A stretch of 64,000 nucleotides of DNA from positions 148,406 through 212,405 of the forward strand of contig JBMFNR010000002.1 of NCBI GenBank assembly GCA_049970055.1, read 5' to 3'. Both the position numbers and the translations under genes were made by a program. Positions 41,631 through 51,062 of this stretch are shown in pieces. Every line of letters starts with the position of its first letter. Positions within the stretch are counted from its first letter, which is position 1. The stretch is from Fervidobacterium sp. Its GTDB lineage: Bacteria; Thermotogota; Thermotogae; Thermotogales; Fervidobacteriaceae. The notes under the pieces were generated by a model. That model did no database searches and was not told the DNA's origin. It was given only the letters and a program-made list of their open reading frames with translations.

Positions 41631-42410
41631 GTGGTAAGTATAAGTAGCGTATTTGTTAAAATGTTTGGAGAGTGGGCTATTTATGTTGACGAAAAAAAGA
41701 TTGAAAAAATCAGATCAAAAAAAGCGTTAAAGCTGCTTTTTTATTTACTTTTATCTGAAGGTTCGAGGGTTTCCATCTCAGAATTGTCAAAAATTTTTTG
41801 GAAAGGTTTAGATGAAGAATATGTACGGAAAAACCTAAATGTTCAGCTATACTATATACGCAAAGACCTTGGAGTTGACGAAAATTATATCAGAAGTGAG
41901 AGAGAATATGTTTACATAAACAAAGATTTTATAAAAAGCGATTATCAAGCATTTTTAAATATGTTAAAAAGCCAAGATTATTTGGGGCGTGTGAAAGAAA
42001 TAAGGAACATATACTCTGGAGCACTGTTACAAGGGCTTTCTGAACCCTGGATAGAAAAGCACAGATACTTGGTACAGATATTATACGAAGAAGCTATCGA
42101 AGGTAAGCGTACAGATTCTAGTGATAAATTTGCAAAAGCTAAAGTTATTCTTGAACATCAAAAGTACACCAGGGGAAAGTACTTTGTACCGATTTTGGTT
42201 AAAAAGATTCCACCTTATTATTCAACCATTAGTGTTAGAAGAGGGGATATTGTTTTAGATTTGTATATAGGAAGAATATTCATATTGGAATCCGGAAGAA
42301 AAGATCCAACAGAGGTTGCAAAAGGTTTCCTAAAACGCTTAAACTTGGAGAACGGTGAGATTGAGATATTAAGTGAAGATGCTGCTTTAAATTTTATAAA
42401 CAAATTTTAA
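41631..42410 (+). CDS. SARP/BTAD-like winged-helix regulator B
   Basis: VKMFGEW, KALKLLFYLL, FW..NLNVQLYYIRKDL, IYSGALL..PWIEKHR. Confidence 0.72.
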   Translation: MVSISSVFVKMFGEWAIYVDEKKIEKIRSKKALKLLFYLLLSEGSRVSISELSKIFWKGLDEEYVRKNLNVQLYYIRKDLGVDENYIRSEREYVYINKDFIKSDYQAFLNMLKSQDYLGRVKEIRNIYSGALLQGLSEPWIEKHRYLVQILYEEAIEGKRTDSSDKFAKAKVILEHQKYTRGKYFVPILVKKIPPYYSTISVRRGDIVLDLYIGRIFILESGRKDPTEVAKGFLKRLNLENGEIEILSEDAALNFINKF

Positions 42411-42453
42411 ATTGTGTGATTATCCAAATTTGAATACTTTGGCGGTGAATACG

Positions 42454-43833
42454 ATGAGTAGAGTGTATTTCAAATTGTTCTTTGTATTCTGTTTTTTCGT
42501 GCTAGTACAAGTTTTCGCCCTTGAAATTTCACCAAATTTGGTTTATCAAATTGAGACTAGTAAAAATATCTTTACTTACTCTTTCTTCGTAAAGAACGAC
42601 ATACCTGGTGAAAGTCTGATAAACATAGAGATAATAGATTTCATAACCGATGGAAAGAACTATGTTTTTGATGATCCAAGCTATAAGTATAGTTTGAGAA
42701 AGTATGTATCGCTGAGAGAATATGATTTTACGCTGAAACCGCAAGAACAAAAAGAAGTCTCTCTAAATTTTGATGTACCAGCTGATTTTCCAGGTGCCTC
42801 GGGAATTTTCGCGCTTAAGATCTCTCAGGAAAGCGTATCTGGTGGGAAAGTTCAGTTGAGATTGAACTACATAGTTCCATTCTTTGTTAGATTTAATTAT
42901 ATTCCTGTTTTTCAATCTATAAAGATTGCAAACATGTCGGTCAGAAATCTGCTCCAGGAGCCGGATGAAAAATACGGAAATTTTGGTTCGTTGGTAACTA
43001 TCGAACTTGAGAACAACGGAAATTTAGCCTTTATACCAAAGGGAAGTATTCAGATAACATCAAGAGAGTTGCGGACAACTATAACAGAAATTCCAGTTGA
43101 TTCGTTTGATCTTGTTATCTTTCCTGAAAAGAAGACATACTACACATTCTACACACCTTATATTCTACCAAGTGGTACTTTGGATATATTTATAACTGGA
43201 AAATCATATGGTATGGATTTTCAATTCTCTGGTTCTGTGAAGAATAACAATGAAGTTAAAGATAGTTTGTATTATTTCGATAGAGATGTGCTTCTGTTTT
43301 CCGATAAAACAAAGACAACAATACAATCTTTTAATATCATGAATCTTTCACCATTGAAAGAAAGTGTAAATGTGTTAGTTGATAACCAAAAGGTATCGAT
43401 TCTCCCTAAAAAGGTAATAATCTACCCCTATAAATCAACAAGTTTCAGTGTGCGTATTTCAGAGAAAGACTTTAATTTTAGTGGAGATAGGATCTATGCT
43501 GTAAACATTTCAGATGTTGAGGGCAATCAGAGATCTGCGGTAAATAATTTATTAATTGTTTTTAGGGGTAACACTGTTAGACCAAACATTGAGGCACAGC
43601 TAAAAAATGATAAAAATCAGTCGATCCTTGTGGTAAGAAATAGCGGTGATTGTATACTAGAATTTAATGTTATCTACCAAGGTAACACAGTCAACGATTC
43701 ACCGCTTAGGATTTTCCCGGGTCAAACTATAAATCTAGAACTTGGTAGGATAGTCCAAAGCTCAAACTTAGCAATTGAATACAATGTTTACGGGGAGAGA
43801 GAAAAATTCAAACTTGAGAATGTACATCAATAA
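42454..43833 (+). CDS. Secreted multi-Ig-domain protein, pilus-chaperone-like (PapD/DUF916-like)
   Basis: Signal ending VFA; LEISP, FTLKPQEQKEV, ENNGN, IFPEK, RNSGD, IFPGQT. Confidence 0.55.
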   Translation: MSRVYFKLFFVFCFFVLVQVFALEISPNLVYQIETSKNIFTYSFFVKNDIPGESLINIEIIDFITDGKNYVFDDPSYKYSLRKYVSLREYDFTLKPQEQKEVSLNFDVPADFPGASGIFALKISQESVSGGKVQLRLNYIVPFFVRFNYIPVFQSIKIANMSVRNLLQEPDEKYGNFGSLVTIELENNGNLAFIPKGSIQITSRELRTTITEIPVDSFDLVIFPEKKTYYTFYTPYILPSGTLDIFITGKSYGMDFQFSGSVKNNNEVKDSLYYFDRDVLLFSDKTKTTIQSFNIMNLSPLKESVNVLVDNQKVSILPKKVIIYPYKSTSFSVRISEKDFNFSGDRIYAVNISDVEGNQRSAVNNLLIVFRGNTVRPNIEAQLKNDKNQSILVVRNSGDCILEFNVIYQGNTVNDSPLRIFPGQTINLELGRIVQSSNLAIEYNVYGEREKFKLENVHQ

Positions 43834-43869
43834 TAGGACCAATAAAAACAATAACAAGGTGGGAGTAAA

Positions 43870-45009
43870 TTGAGGGGGAAAAGTACTTCAAGCATTTTCA
43901 GAAAAGTATTAATCTTGCTTATTTTTGCTGCGACAGCTTTGGTATTTTCCGATGAAATCAGTTTTTTTAATACAAATATTAAAGATGTCCTTAACACCAT
44001 ATCACTAGACTATGGTAAAGTGATACTATACGAACCAAATATCACTGGGGCTGTTACTTTAAATCTGTCTTCTGAACATATCGATTTCGAAAGGCTTCTT
44101 ACCCTCATATTATTGCCATACAACTACTATTGGACGAAGATAGAAGATATTTATTTTGTGGGAATTGCGAATCCAAATTCTCCATCTTTCGTTAATGTTT
44201 CAAGAATGTATGAAATACCTCTTAGATACACAAGTTCAGATAAAATCTACGATATGATTCCCAAAGTTTTTCAAGATTATATAATTAAGCAATATACTGC
44301 GGATAATTTATTGGTATATGCTCCAATTCCTATTGCCTCGAAAATTGCAAACTTTGTTTCTAAAATTGACAAACCACTAGAGAAGAGAAGTATCGAAATA
44401 AAAATAGTGGATACAAGTGAGAGCTATCTGAAATCATTGCTAAATGATGTATTAGTTTTATCGGGATCTACGATCGTTCCCTTTTTGCCAAACCAGATTC
44501 AAGTGTCACTACCTTCAATGAGTCTAAACGTAATTTACGCTAATTCCAAAGATGAAGAAGGCCAGTTTCAAGTCATATACGAAGGGATATTAAATGCTTC
44601 AAACGACGTGCCTTTGAAAGTTTCAACACAAAAAGTAATGACTGTTAATAAGTACTCAGACGGAAAACTTATTTCAACTCAAACCACGTCTGAGATAAAT
44701 GTTCAAATTACTCCAAAGTTTCTTTATACTTCTTGTTTAATTGATGTAGATGTACAAATCAGCGGTTTGCCAACAGCCAATGAAGCAAACTTTGAAAGCA
44801 GAGGATCTTCTTTAAAAACAACAACAAATATTGAATATGGGAAGTACTATGTACTTGCATCGGTTAGTTACGACAGGCTTGTACAAAAAGAGGGCGGAGT
44901 TACTGTCCTTAAAGATATTCCTATCATTGGAAATTTCTTCAAAAGATATTACTACGAAACAGAAAAAAGATATATAATCTTTATACTTAGTGTGGGTGAT
45001 AAGCAATGA
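43870..45009 (+). CDS. Compact secretin-family outer-membrane protein
   Basis: N0-like FxNTNIKDVL..ITGAVTL; N3-like IPLRY..FVSKIDKP; C-terminal GVTVLKDIPIIGNFFK. Confidence 0.75.
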   Translation: MRGKSTSSIFRKVLILLIFAATALVFSDEISFFNTNIKDVLNTISLDYGKVILYEPNITGAVTLNLSSEHIDFERLLTLILLPYNYYWTKIEDIYFVGIANPNSPSFVNVSRMYEIPLRYTSSDKIYDMIPKVFQDYIIKQYTADNLLVYAPIPIASKIANFVSKIDKPLEKRSIEIKIVDTSESYLKSLLNDVLVLSGSTIVPFLPNQIQVSLPSMSLNVIYANSKDEEGQFQVIYEGILNASNDVPLKVSTQKVMTVNKYSDGKLISTQTTSEINVQITPKFLYTSCLIDVDVQISGLPTANEANFESRGSSLKTTTNIEYGKYYVLASVSYDRLVQKEGGVTVLKDIPIIGNFFKRYYYETEKRYIIFILSVGDKQ

Positions 45010-46382
45010 GAATCTTTTTTTCATTTTTGATTTCAGTCGTAACCATTTTTGTACCCGCTATAACTTTTGCTATAACCCTTGATTTTCAAGACGCGCTTCT
45101 TAGTGATATATTTAACGAAATTACTAACCAATCGAAAATTACGCTCATTTATCCAAGCGATGTAGGGGCATTAACAACTTCAATAGCTGTTCAAAATGTT
45201 GATGTTCAAACTGCACTGAATTTGATTCTTTTGCCACTCGGTTTAGATTACGAAAGGATCGATAACGATACATATGTTGTCTTCTCTAAGAAAGTAAAAT
45301 CATTTCCGAGAATTCTTGGGCAATATCAAGCACATTATGTGGATCCTGTACACTTAAGTGGAATTATCAAAGTGCTTGGCTTTGATGCCTATACTTTCAA
45401 CGGAATAGTGTTTTTTTACGTTCCAAGCAGTGATATTTTAAATCATATACTTAGTGTCCTGGAGAGCATCGATAAGAGAAACGATCAACTAGTTATCCTC
45501 TACCGTATTGAAAGATATTCTACTAATCAATTTTATGCTACAAATAATCATATAGAATTATCCACAGCTTTACAAAAAGTCATCAAAGAAGAATTAAAAG
45601 AATTCATCCTAGATGAAATTTTTGGTACACTTTACCTGGATCTTAATGCGGAAGATAACAAGAGAATCTTGTCATATAACGACGAGCTTGTGATGGAGAT
45701 TACTAACGAAAGTTCAACTGATACAGCTAATGATATTTTTCTTACAATAAAAACCATGCAAGAAGCATTGAAAATTAAGAGAGAAGATTTAAAGGCAAGC
45801 ATAGATGAAGTAAAATCGTATACATTAAGATCCGGAAAAGATGTTTTTCGTGTAACTTTAAAAGTTTTACCTGCCACTGAACAAATCGCAATGAAGATGG
45901 AAGAATATACAATGGATACGATAAAAGAAAATAAAAACTATTTAAAAATAAACTATACATCTTCTAATACAACATTTACAGTGGGGGCAAGAGGGATTTT
46001 TTCGGAAGTAAGTGTGGCGAATAAAGATCTAACACTAAGAAGTGTCACGGTTGGTGCAAATTTAATTGATGGTTTATTACTTTGTTTAGGATATAACTAT
46101 GAGTCTGAAAATTACTTTTTGACATTAACAGACATATTAGAAACTGAATGGATATATTTTTCACCAAGCATTAGATACGACATTTCCAAAAATACCTTTA
46201 ATATCACATCCGAAACGTTACTAAAATTTAGATTCGAAAGGTTTTACTTAGGCCCTACAATTTTTATCGAGGGAAAAATCTTTTTTGGTATGAACGTGGG
46301 TTTAAGCGATGATACATTTGCTTTCGGTATATTTACGGACACAAATATGAATTGGGGGCTTCAATTGAAACTAAAATGGTAG
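45006..46382 (+). CDS. Secretin-N-domain protein with C-terminal beta-barrel-like region
   Basis: LDFQDALLSDIF..NVDVQTALNLILLP N0 domain; alternating aromatic strands; ends WGLQLKLKW. Confidence 0.6.
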   Translation: MRIFFSFLISVVTIFVPAITFAITLDFQDALLSDIFNEITNQSKITLIYPSDVGALTTSIAVQNVDVQTALNLILLPLGLDYERIDNDTYVVFSKKVKSFPRILGQYQAHYVDPVHLSGIIKVLGFDAYTFNGIVFFYVPSSDILNHILSVLESIDKRNDQLVILYRIERYSTNQFYATNNHIELSTALQKVIKEELKEFILDEIFGTLYLDLNAEDNKRILSYNDELVMEITNESSTDTANDIFLTIKTMQEALKIKREDLKASIDEVKSYTLRSGKDVFRVTLKVLPATEQIAMKMEEYTMDTIKENKNYLKINYTSSNTTFTVGARGIFSEVSVANKDLTLRSVTVGANLIDGLLLCLGYNYESENYFLTLTDILETEWIYFSPSIRYDISKNTFNITSETLLKFRFERFYLGPTIFIEGKIFFGMNVGLSDDTFAFGIFTDTNMNWGLQLKLKW

Positions 46383-46831
46383 GAAGGTAAATTCTAAAAG
46401 CACGGTGAAGGTATCAGATTGGATATCGGAATAATCGATGTTGAATGTAACAATAAAATCACCAGCTAAGAACTTGCTTGCAACCTCAATTGGTTGATTT
46501 GGTATGATCCTCTTATTTCTCACATGAATTTCTAACACGCTCGGTGTTTGCAATGTTTGAGTATTATAAGTAAGCAGTATCTTGAAGGCCTATTGGATGC
46601 CAAAGATAAAAGCCGAACAGTTGCTGTGTTGTTTGTATCATCTATTGGCACAACTTGCGCTTCATCGTATAACCATTGTACAGAAACGTTTTGTTTTACT
46701 GCAAAGACTAATACCTGTGACCGAACATTTCCGCCTGGTTCCACAAGAGCATAAAAGTATCCTGCAAAGAAAGTAGTACTAACTATAGAAAGTAAGATAA
46801 AGACCGCAAAATACTTGCTTAACTTCATCAA
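46371..46831 (-). pseudogene. FLPF family member 2, split by a 1-bp frameshift (pseudogene or sequence error)
   Basis: ORFs 46532-46831 and 46371-46553 join if one A is added at about 46585, giving SNRPFKI...LEFTFLPF colinear with 37759. Confidence 0.78.
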
Positions 46832-46848
46832 AATTCACTTCCTTTTAG

Positions 46849-47262
46849 CTAGAAAGGTAAAAACACAAACGTTAAGACCAATTTGAAGTCATCAAGCAGA
46901 GGTGGAAACGAAAAATACAGGTCCAAATATCCCGATATGTAAGAATTTTTAATTTTCGTTGGTGTATATGGATTCATTGAGATTGATCTTTTCCCTATGT
47001 ATATATAGTTAACCTTTATATCACTATTCAAACTATCTCCAACGTATACACTTGGGTTGACATACATTTTAAACTTTGCCTCTGAATAAATTGCAATATA
47101 TCCAATTCTAACACGTGTTGTTGTTTGTGAAATTACAATAGGAAGGCTTTCGTCGTAAAACCAATCTATGTATATATATTGTGCGGGGAATATCGTTGTA
47201 TTGAAAAGTATTACCATAGGTGCCATAAATAGAATAAATAAAAAAGGTTTAATCTCTATCAT
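46849..47262 (-). CDS. FLPF family member 3 (secreted or membrane-anchored beta-rich protein)
   Basis: QYIYIDWFYD, YSEAKFKM, ISG, ends LTFVFLPF; start MIEIK after GGAGA. Confidence 0.7.
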   Translation of the reverse strand: MIEIKPFLFILFMAPMVILFNTTIFPAQYIYIDWFYDESLPIVISQTTTRVRIGYIAIYSEAKFKMYVNPSVYVGDSLNSDIKVNYIYIGKRSISMNPYTPTKIKNSYISGYLDLYFSFPPLLDDFKLVLTFVFLPF

Positions 47263-47286
47263 TCCATCTCCCCTTTTACATTTTCT

Positions 47287-47303
47287 AGTGGTATTATACC
47301 ACT
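47287..47303 (-). promoter_or_regulatory. Extended -10 promoter within an 8-1-8 palindrome, upstream of FLPF genes 3 and 2
   Basis: AGTGGTAT-T-ATACCACT; minus strand reads TGGTATAAT. Confidence 0.5.
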
Positions 47304-47312
47304 TTTTTGTCC

Positions 47313-47346
47313 AAAAAAACAAAAACCGCGGAATTTAATCCGCGGT
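47313..47346 (-). terminator. Intrinsic terminator after XRE-cupin gene
   Basis: ACCGCGGA-N6-TCCGCGGT with T tract on the minus strand. Confidence 0.7.
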
Positions 47347-47419
47347 AAGAGTTTCAAAAGATCTTAATAAACGTTAAACAATCTAACACAATTAAATACT
47401 ACCGAATACGATCAAATAA

Positions 47420-47947
47420 TCATATTGTCTGTATCCAAAGAATTTTGGCTTTTTCTTTTCCCGGGTTTCTCAAGTAATGTATGCAATCTGCAGAATAGTA
47501 GAAACAGTCTCCTTCGTTTGCTCTGTACTTTTTTCCGTCGATATAGACATCTACTGAACCTTCAATTACGTAACCGAATTCATCGCCATCGTGATAGTCT
47601 TCTTGTTCGGTTTGTGCTCCAGGCTCAAGCTCCACGATCTTCGCATCAACTTCTTTGTCTTCCACCCCATCCATCAGTATTTCTATTTTAACACCTTTTG
47701 GTAATTCATACAAAGGAACGCGCTCATTTTTCTTAAAGATGATCTTCTTTTGCTCTTCGGAGAAGAAGTGTTTCAGATCCGTTCCCAAAACTCTCAAAAC
47801 ACGTTCAAGCGTTTCCACAGACGGAGAGACCTTGTCACTCTCAAGTTGAGAAATAAAACTTCTTGAAAGATCACACCGATCAGCTAGTTCTTCTTGGGTG
47901 TAACCTCTTGCCATTCTTAGTCGCTTAATTTTACTACCAAGCTTCAT
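47420..47947 (-). CDS. XRE-family HTH + cupin regulator (PuuR-like)
   Basis: TQEELADRCDLSRSFISQLE; H.GDEFGYVIEG; downstream of speE. Confidence 0.9.
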   Translation of the reverse strand: MKLGSKIKRLRMARGYTQEELADRCDLSRSFISQLESDKVSPSVETLERVLRVLGTDLKHFFSEEQKKIIFKKNERVPLYELPKGVKIEILMDGVEDKEVDAKIVELEPGAQTEQEDYHDGDEFGYVIEGSVDVYIDGKKYRANEGDCFYYSADCIHYLRNPGKEKAKILWIQTI

Positions 47948-48000
47948 ACTTTCACCCCAAAGTTAAAAAACGGCAGGAAGCTCCCCTGCCCTGTATTTTT

Positions 48001-48888
48001 TCATTCTTCGATATACTTTTTAACAAAGTTCGGAAGTGCGAATGCTGCCACGTGAATTTCTTCGTTGTAATACCTGAGTGGTTCTTTGAAATTTCTAACT
48101 TTCTCTGGGTTGAAATCCTTCACTGGATCGAGCCCAGCTTTTGAAGCGTATGTATAGGACCAAATTCCACCGGGATACGTTGGCATAAATCCGAGGTACA
48201 TCCTTGCAATCGGGAAATTTGCTTTTATTCTTTTGTAAGCCGTTGACCCCCATTCATAATCATATGTCATACCTTCTGTTTGGGCACAAAGAATTCCATC
48301 TTCTTTTAATGCGTCGTAACATGCCTTATAAAAATCGAGCGTGAATAAATGTCCTCCTTCACCGGCTGTTGGATCTGTTGAGTCAATAATGATAACATCG
48401 AACTCGTTTTTGAATTGCCTTATAAACTTCGAACCATCTTCGTAAACAAGTTCAACACGTGGATCTGTTAACTTTGACGCCGTGTATGGAAGATACTCCA
48501 TGGCAGCCTTTACCACAAGCTCATCGATTTCACACATCACTGCTTTTTCAACGGAAGGATGTTTCAAAACTTCTCGGATGCTTCCACCGTCTCCACCACC
48601 GATGACAAGGACCTTTTTTGGGTTTGGATGCATAAACATCGGGACGTGGACGAGCATTTCATGGTACATAAATTCGTCAATCTCCGTTGTCATTGTGATA
48701 CCGTCCAAAGAGAAAACTCTTCCATAAAAAGGTGCTTCGAATATATCTATTCTTTGGTACTGACTTTGGGCAGAGTAAAGATATCTGTTAACTCTCATGA
48801 AAAGACCGCCTGGATCTTTTGAGTACCATTCCATGTATATCATATGTCTACCGAGCTTCAGTTCCTTTCCCAAGTTTTTATCTGCCAT
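48001..48888 (-). CDS. speE: Polyamine aminopropyltransferase (spermidine synthase)
   Basis: YHEMLVH, VLVIGGGDGG, IIDSTDP. Confidence 0.96.
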   Translation of the reverse strand: MADKNLGKELKLGRHMIYMEWYSKDPGGLFMRVNRYLYSAQSQYQRIDIFEAPFYGRVFSLDGITMTTEIDEFMYHEMLVHVPMFMHPNPKKVLVIGGGDGGSIREVLKHPSVEKAVMCEIDELVVKAAMEYLPYTASKLTDPRVELVYEDGSKFIRQFKNEFDVIIIDSTDPTAGEGGHLFTLDFYKACYDALKEDGILCAQTEGMTYDYEWGSTAYKRIKANFPIARMYLGFMPTYPGGIWSYTYASKAGLDPVKDFNPEKVRNFKEPLRYYNEEIHVAAFALPNFVKKYIEE

Positions 48889-48994
48889 CTCAGCACCTCC
48901 TTTGTGTTTTTATCGGTTCGTTGTTCAATTTTGCAACTCATTTAGAATACTTTGAATGTATGAAGAATCTAAGAATAAATAACTATACTATGGC

Positions 48995-49405
48995 TTAAAC
49001 AATTTCAATCATTTCAACTTCAGCTTTGTGAGGTGCTTCTTCCGGTATCCCGATTTCGTCGTATCTACCTCTTAGATGCTCAACCACATGTGCCCTTTGA
49101 GATTTGAATATTTTTTTCAAATAAGTAAACGCTTTCCAAGGATCAACATGATCGCCACACGTAAACAAATCAACTGCTGCATACCCATATTCTGGCCAAG
49201 TATGAATTGTTAAATGAGATTCGCTAATCACAACAACACCGCTCACTCCATAGGGGAGGAACCGGTGAAAAGACGAGTTAACTATCGTTGCACCAGTTTC
49301 ATAAGCCGCTTGTTTCATGTGAAACTCAATCGCGTCGATGTTGTCGAGAATTTCCTTATCACAGTCGTAAAATTCTGCAATAATGTGTCTACCTAGGCTC
49401 TTCAT
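48995..49405 (-). CDS. speD: S-adenosylmethionine decarboxylase proenzyme
   Basis: [22 protein letters not shown]. Confidence 0.96.
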   Translation of the reverse strand: MKSLGRHIIAEFYDCDKEILDNIDAIEFHMKQAAYETGATIVNSSFHRFLPYGVSGVVVISESHLTIHTWPEYGYAAVDLFTCGDHVDPWKAFTYLKKIFKSQRAHVVEHLRGRYDEIGIPEEAPHKAEVEMIEIV

Positions 49406-49708
49406 GCTAATCCCTCCCCGTTATGTAGTATTTTTCGTTTGTCGTTTTAAATAGACATATTTGTACCATTTATATATTCATGTCTACTTAAATGAACAAA
49501 ATTTGTCAGTATTACGCACAATATTATATACATTAATATTCGTTTTTTTGGTTACGTAAAAGTAACTTTTTTGGTAATTTTTGGTTTAGAAACATGGGTG
49601 AAAGATTGTTGTGAAGTATAATATTTTGCATTTATTTTCTAAGAAAATTTCTAAGAACACAGTAAGTATAAATGAAGCATAAATAAGAGTATAAAAGGAG
49701 GTTCAGAT

Positions 49709-50311
49709 ATGGATATTCTCGAAACTCATCTGAAAAGGCTTATGATGTTTACAACGTTATTTATTACAGGTATTGTTGTATCAAACGTGATTGCTGCAAA
49801 AGTTGTCAAGATAGGTTTGTTTATTTTTCCTGCCTCCATTATCAGTTATACATTTACATTTATCCTATCCAACATGGTCTCAGAGTCACTAGATAGAAAA
49901 TATTCAAAGGCGTTAATTTACATGGGTTTTATAGCACAAGCTATCGCAAGTGGATTGATTTTAATTGGATTATTTATGCCGTCGGTAAGTTTGGAAAGAG
50001 CGGAAGCTTACAATATAATACTTGGAATGAATTGGCGTTTTACAATTGCAAGTTTCCTTGCTTATGGTACTTCACAATTCATTAACCATTACATCTTCAA
50101 TAAGGGGTTTTTTGATAGTGTTTTAATAGCAAATTTAGTTTCAGTTGGAGTTGCTCAATTTATTGATACGGTTGTCTTTACGTTTGTTGCATTTTTGGGA
50201 GTCTATGAAAATCTTTGGGCGATGATATTGTCTCAGTACGCCATTAAGGTTATAATTGTTATTGTGATGAATCCGATCTTTTTACTTACGAATCACTTAA
50301 GAAAAAAGTGA
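49709..50311 (+). CDS. VUT/YhhQ-family queuosine precursor transporter
   Basis: SNVIAAK, ASFLAY..SQF, AQFIDTVVF; multiple TM helices. Confidence 0.85.
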   Translation: MDILETHLKRLMMFTTLFITGIVVSNVIAAKVVKIGLFIFPASIISYTFTFILSNMVSESLDRKYSKALIYMGFIAQAIASGLILIGLFMPSVSLERAEAYNIILGMNWRFTIASFLAYGTSQFINHYIFNKGFFDSVLIANLVSVGVAQFIDTVVFTFVAFLGVYENLWAMILSQYAIKVIIVIVMNPIFLLTNHLRKK

Positions 50312-50315
50312 AAGG

Positions 50316-51062
50316 GTGAATAACTCGTATATGTACGTAATTGAAACATACAATCTTAGCGGCGCAAAGAATATGGCATACGATTTAGCAATTGGTGAAT
50401 TGACAAATGAGGTTACCCTAAGATTTTACACATGGAAAGTTCCCACTCTTTCACTTGGTAAGCATCAGGATGAGAATGATTTAGATATTGAATATATTAA
50501 TTCAAAAGGTTTCGATGTTGTTAAACGGCCATCTGGTGGTAGAGCTGTGTTGCACTGGGATGAACTGACATACTCTGTTGTTATTCCACAGACGCATCAA
50601 TTATTTAAAACAGGTGTGTTGGAACTGTACAACTTTTTATCCAAGCTGATTGTTGATGGTTTGAAAAGATTAGGATTCCCGGTAGAAATAGTTGAAGGTA
50701 AGCGAAAAACATTGAGTCATGTGTGTTTTCAAACACCTTCAGCATACGAAATTGTTCTAAACGGTATTAAAGTAGTTGGAAGTGCGCAAACACGAACGCA
50801 AAGTTACATATTACAACATGGATCGATAGTGTTAATACCCCATGAAGAAGTAAAGTACTGTTTTAAAACAACAAAACACGTAAACATACCGATGATAGGT
50901 CTTTATAATTACAAATACGTATCTACTTCGGAAATTGTTTCCTCGATATCCCATTCTTTTAGCCAACACTTTGGTGAGCCTAAACGGTTTGGTAAAAACG
51001 AGTTTGATATGTTGGAAGAAAAAAGTAAAGAGCTGGAAGGTAGGTTTTTATGGAAAATTTAG
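50316..51062 (+). CDS. Lipoate-protein ligase / octanoyltransferase family protein
   Basis: NMAYD, LRFYTW, KRPSGGRAVLH, KVVGSAQ, LQHGS. Confidence 0.88.
   Translation: MNNSYMYVIETYNLSGAKNMAYDLAIGELTNEVTLRFYTWKVPTLSLGKHQDENDLDIEYINSKGFDVVKRPSGGRAVLHWDELTYSVVIPQTHQLFKTGVLELYNFLSKLIVDGLKRLGFPVEIVEGKRKTLSHVCFQTPSAYEIVLNGIKVVGSAQTRTQSYILQHGSIVLIPHEEVKYCFKTTKHVNIPMIGLYNYKYVSTSEIVSSISHSFSQHFGEPKRFGKNEFDMLEEKSKELEGRFLWKI

Noticed and set aside
41629..41640. Isolated DnaA-box-like GGTGGTAAGTAT
   Set aside because: Single copy coinciding with the GTG start/RBS-like sequence of a gene; probably chance
42454..46382. Canonical T2SS, type IV pilus or chaperone-usher cluster
   Set aside because: No ATPase, prepilin motifs, prepilin peptidase, platform protein or full-size usher in the locus
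49406..49708. preQ1 riboswitch before the VUT transporter, or SAM riboswitch before speD
   Set aside because: No recognisable preQ1 or SAM consensus; only a weak TAGACAT/ATGTCTA pairing. An Rfam scan would settle it.
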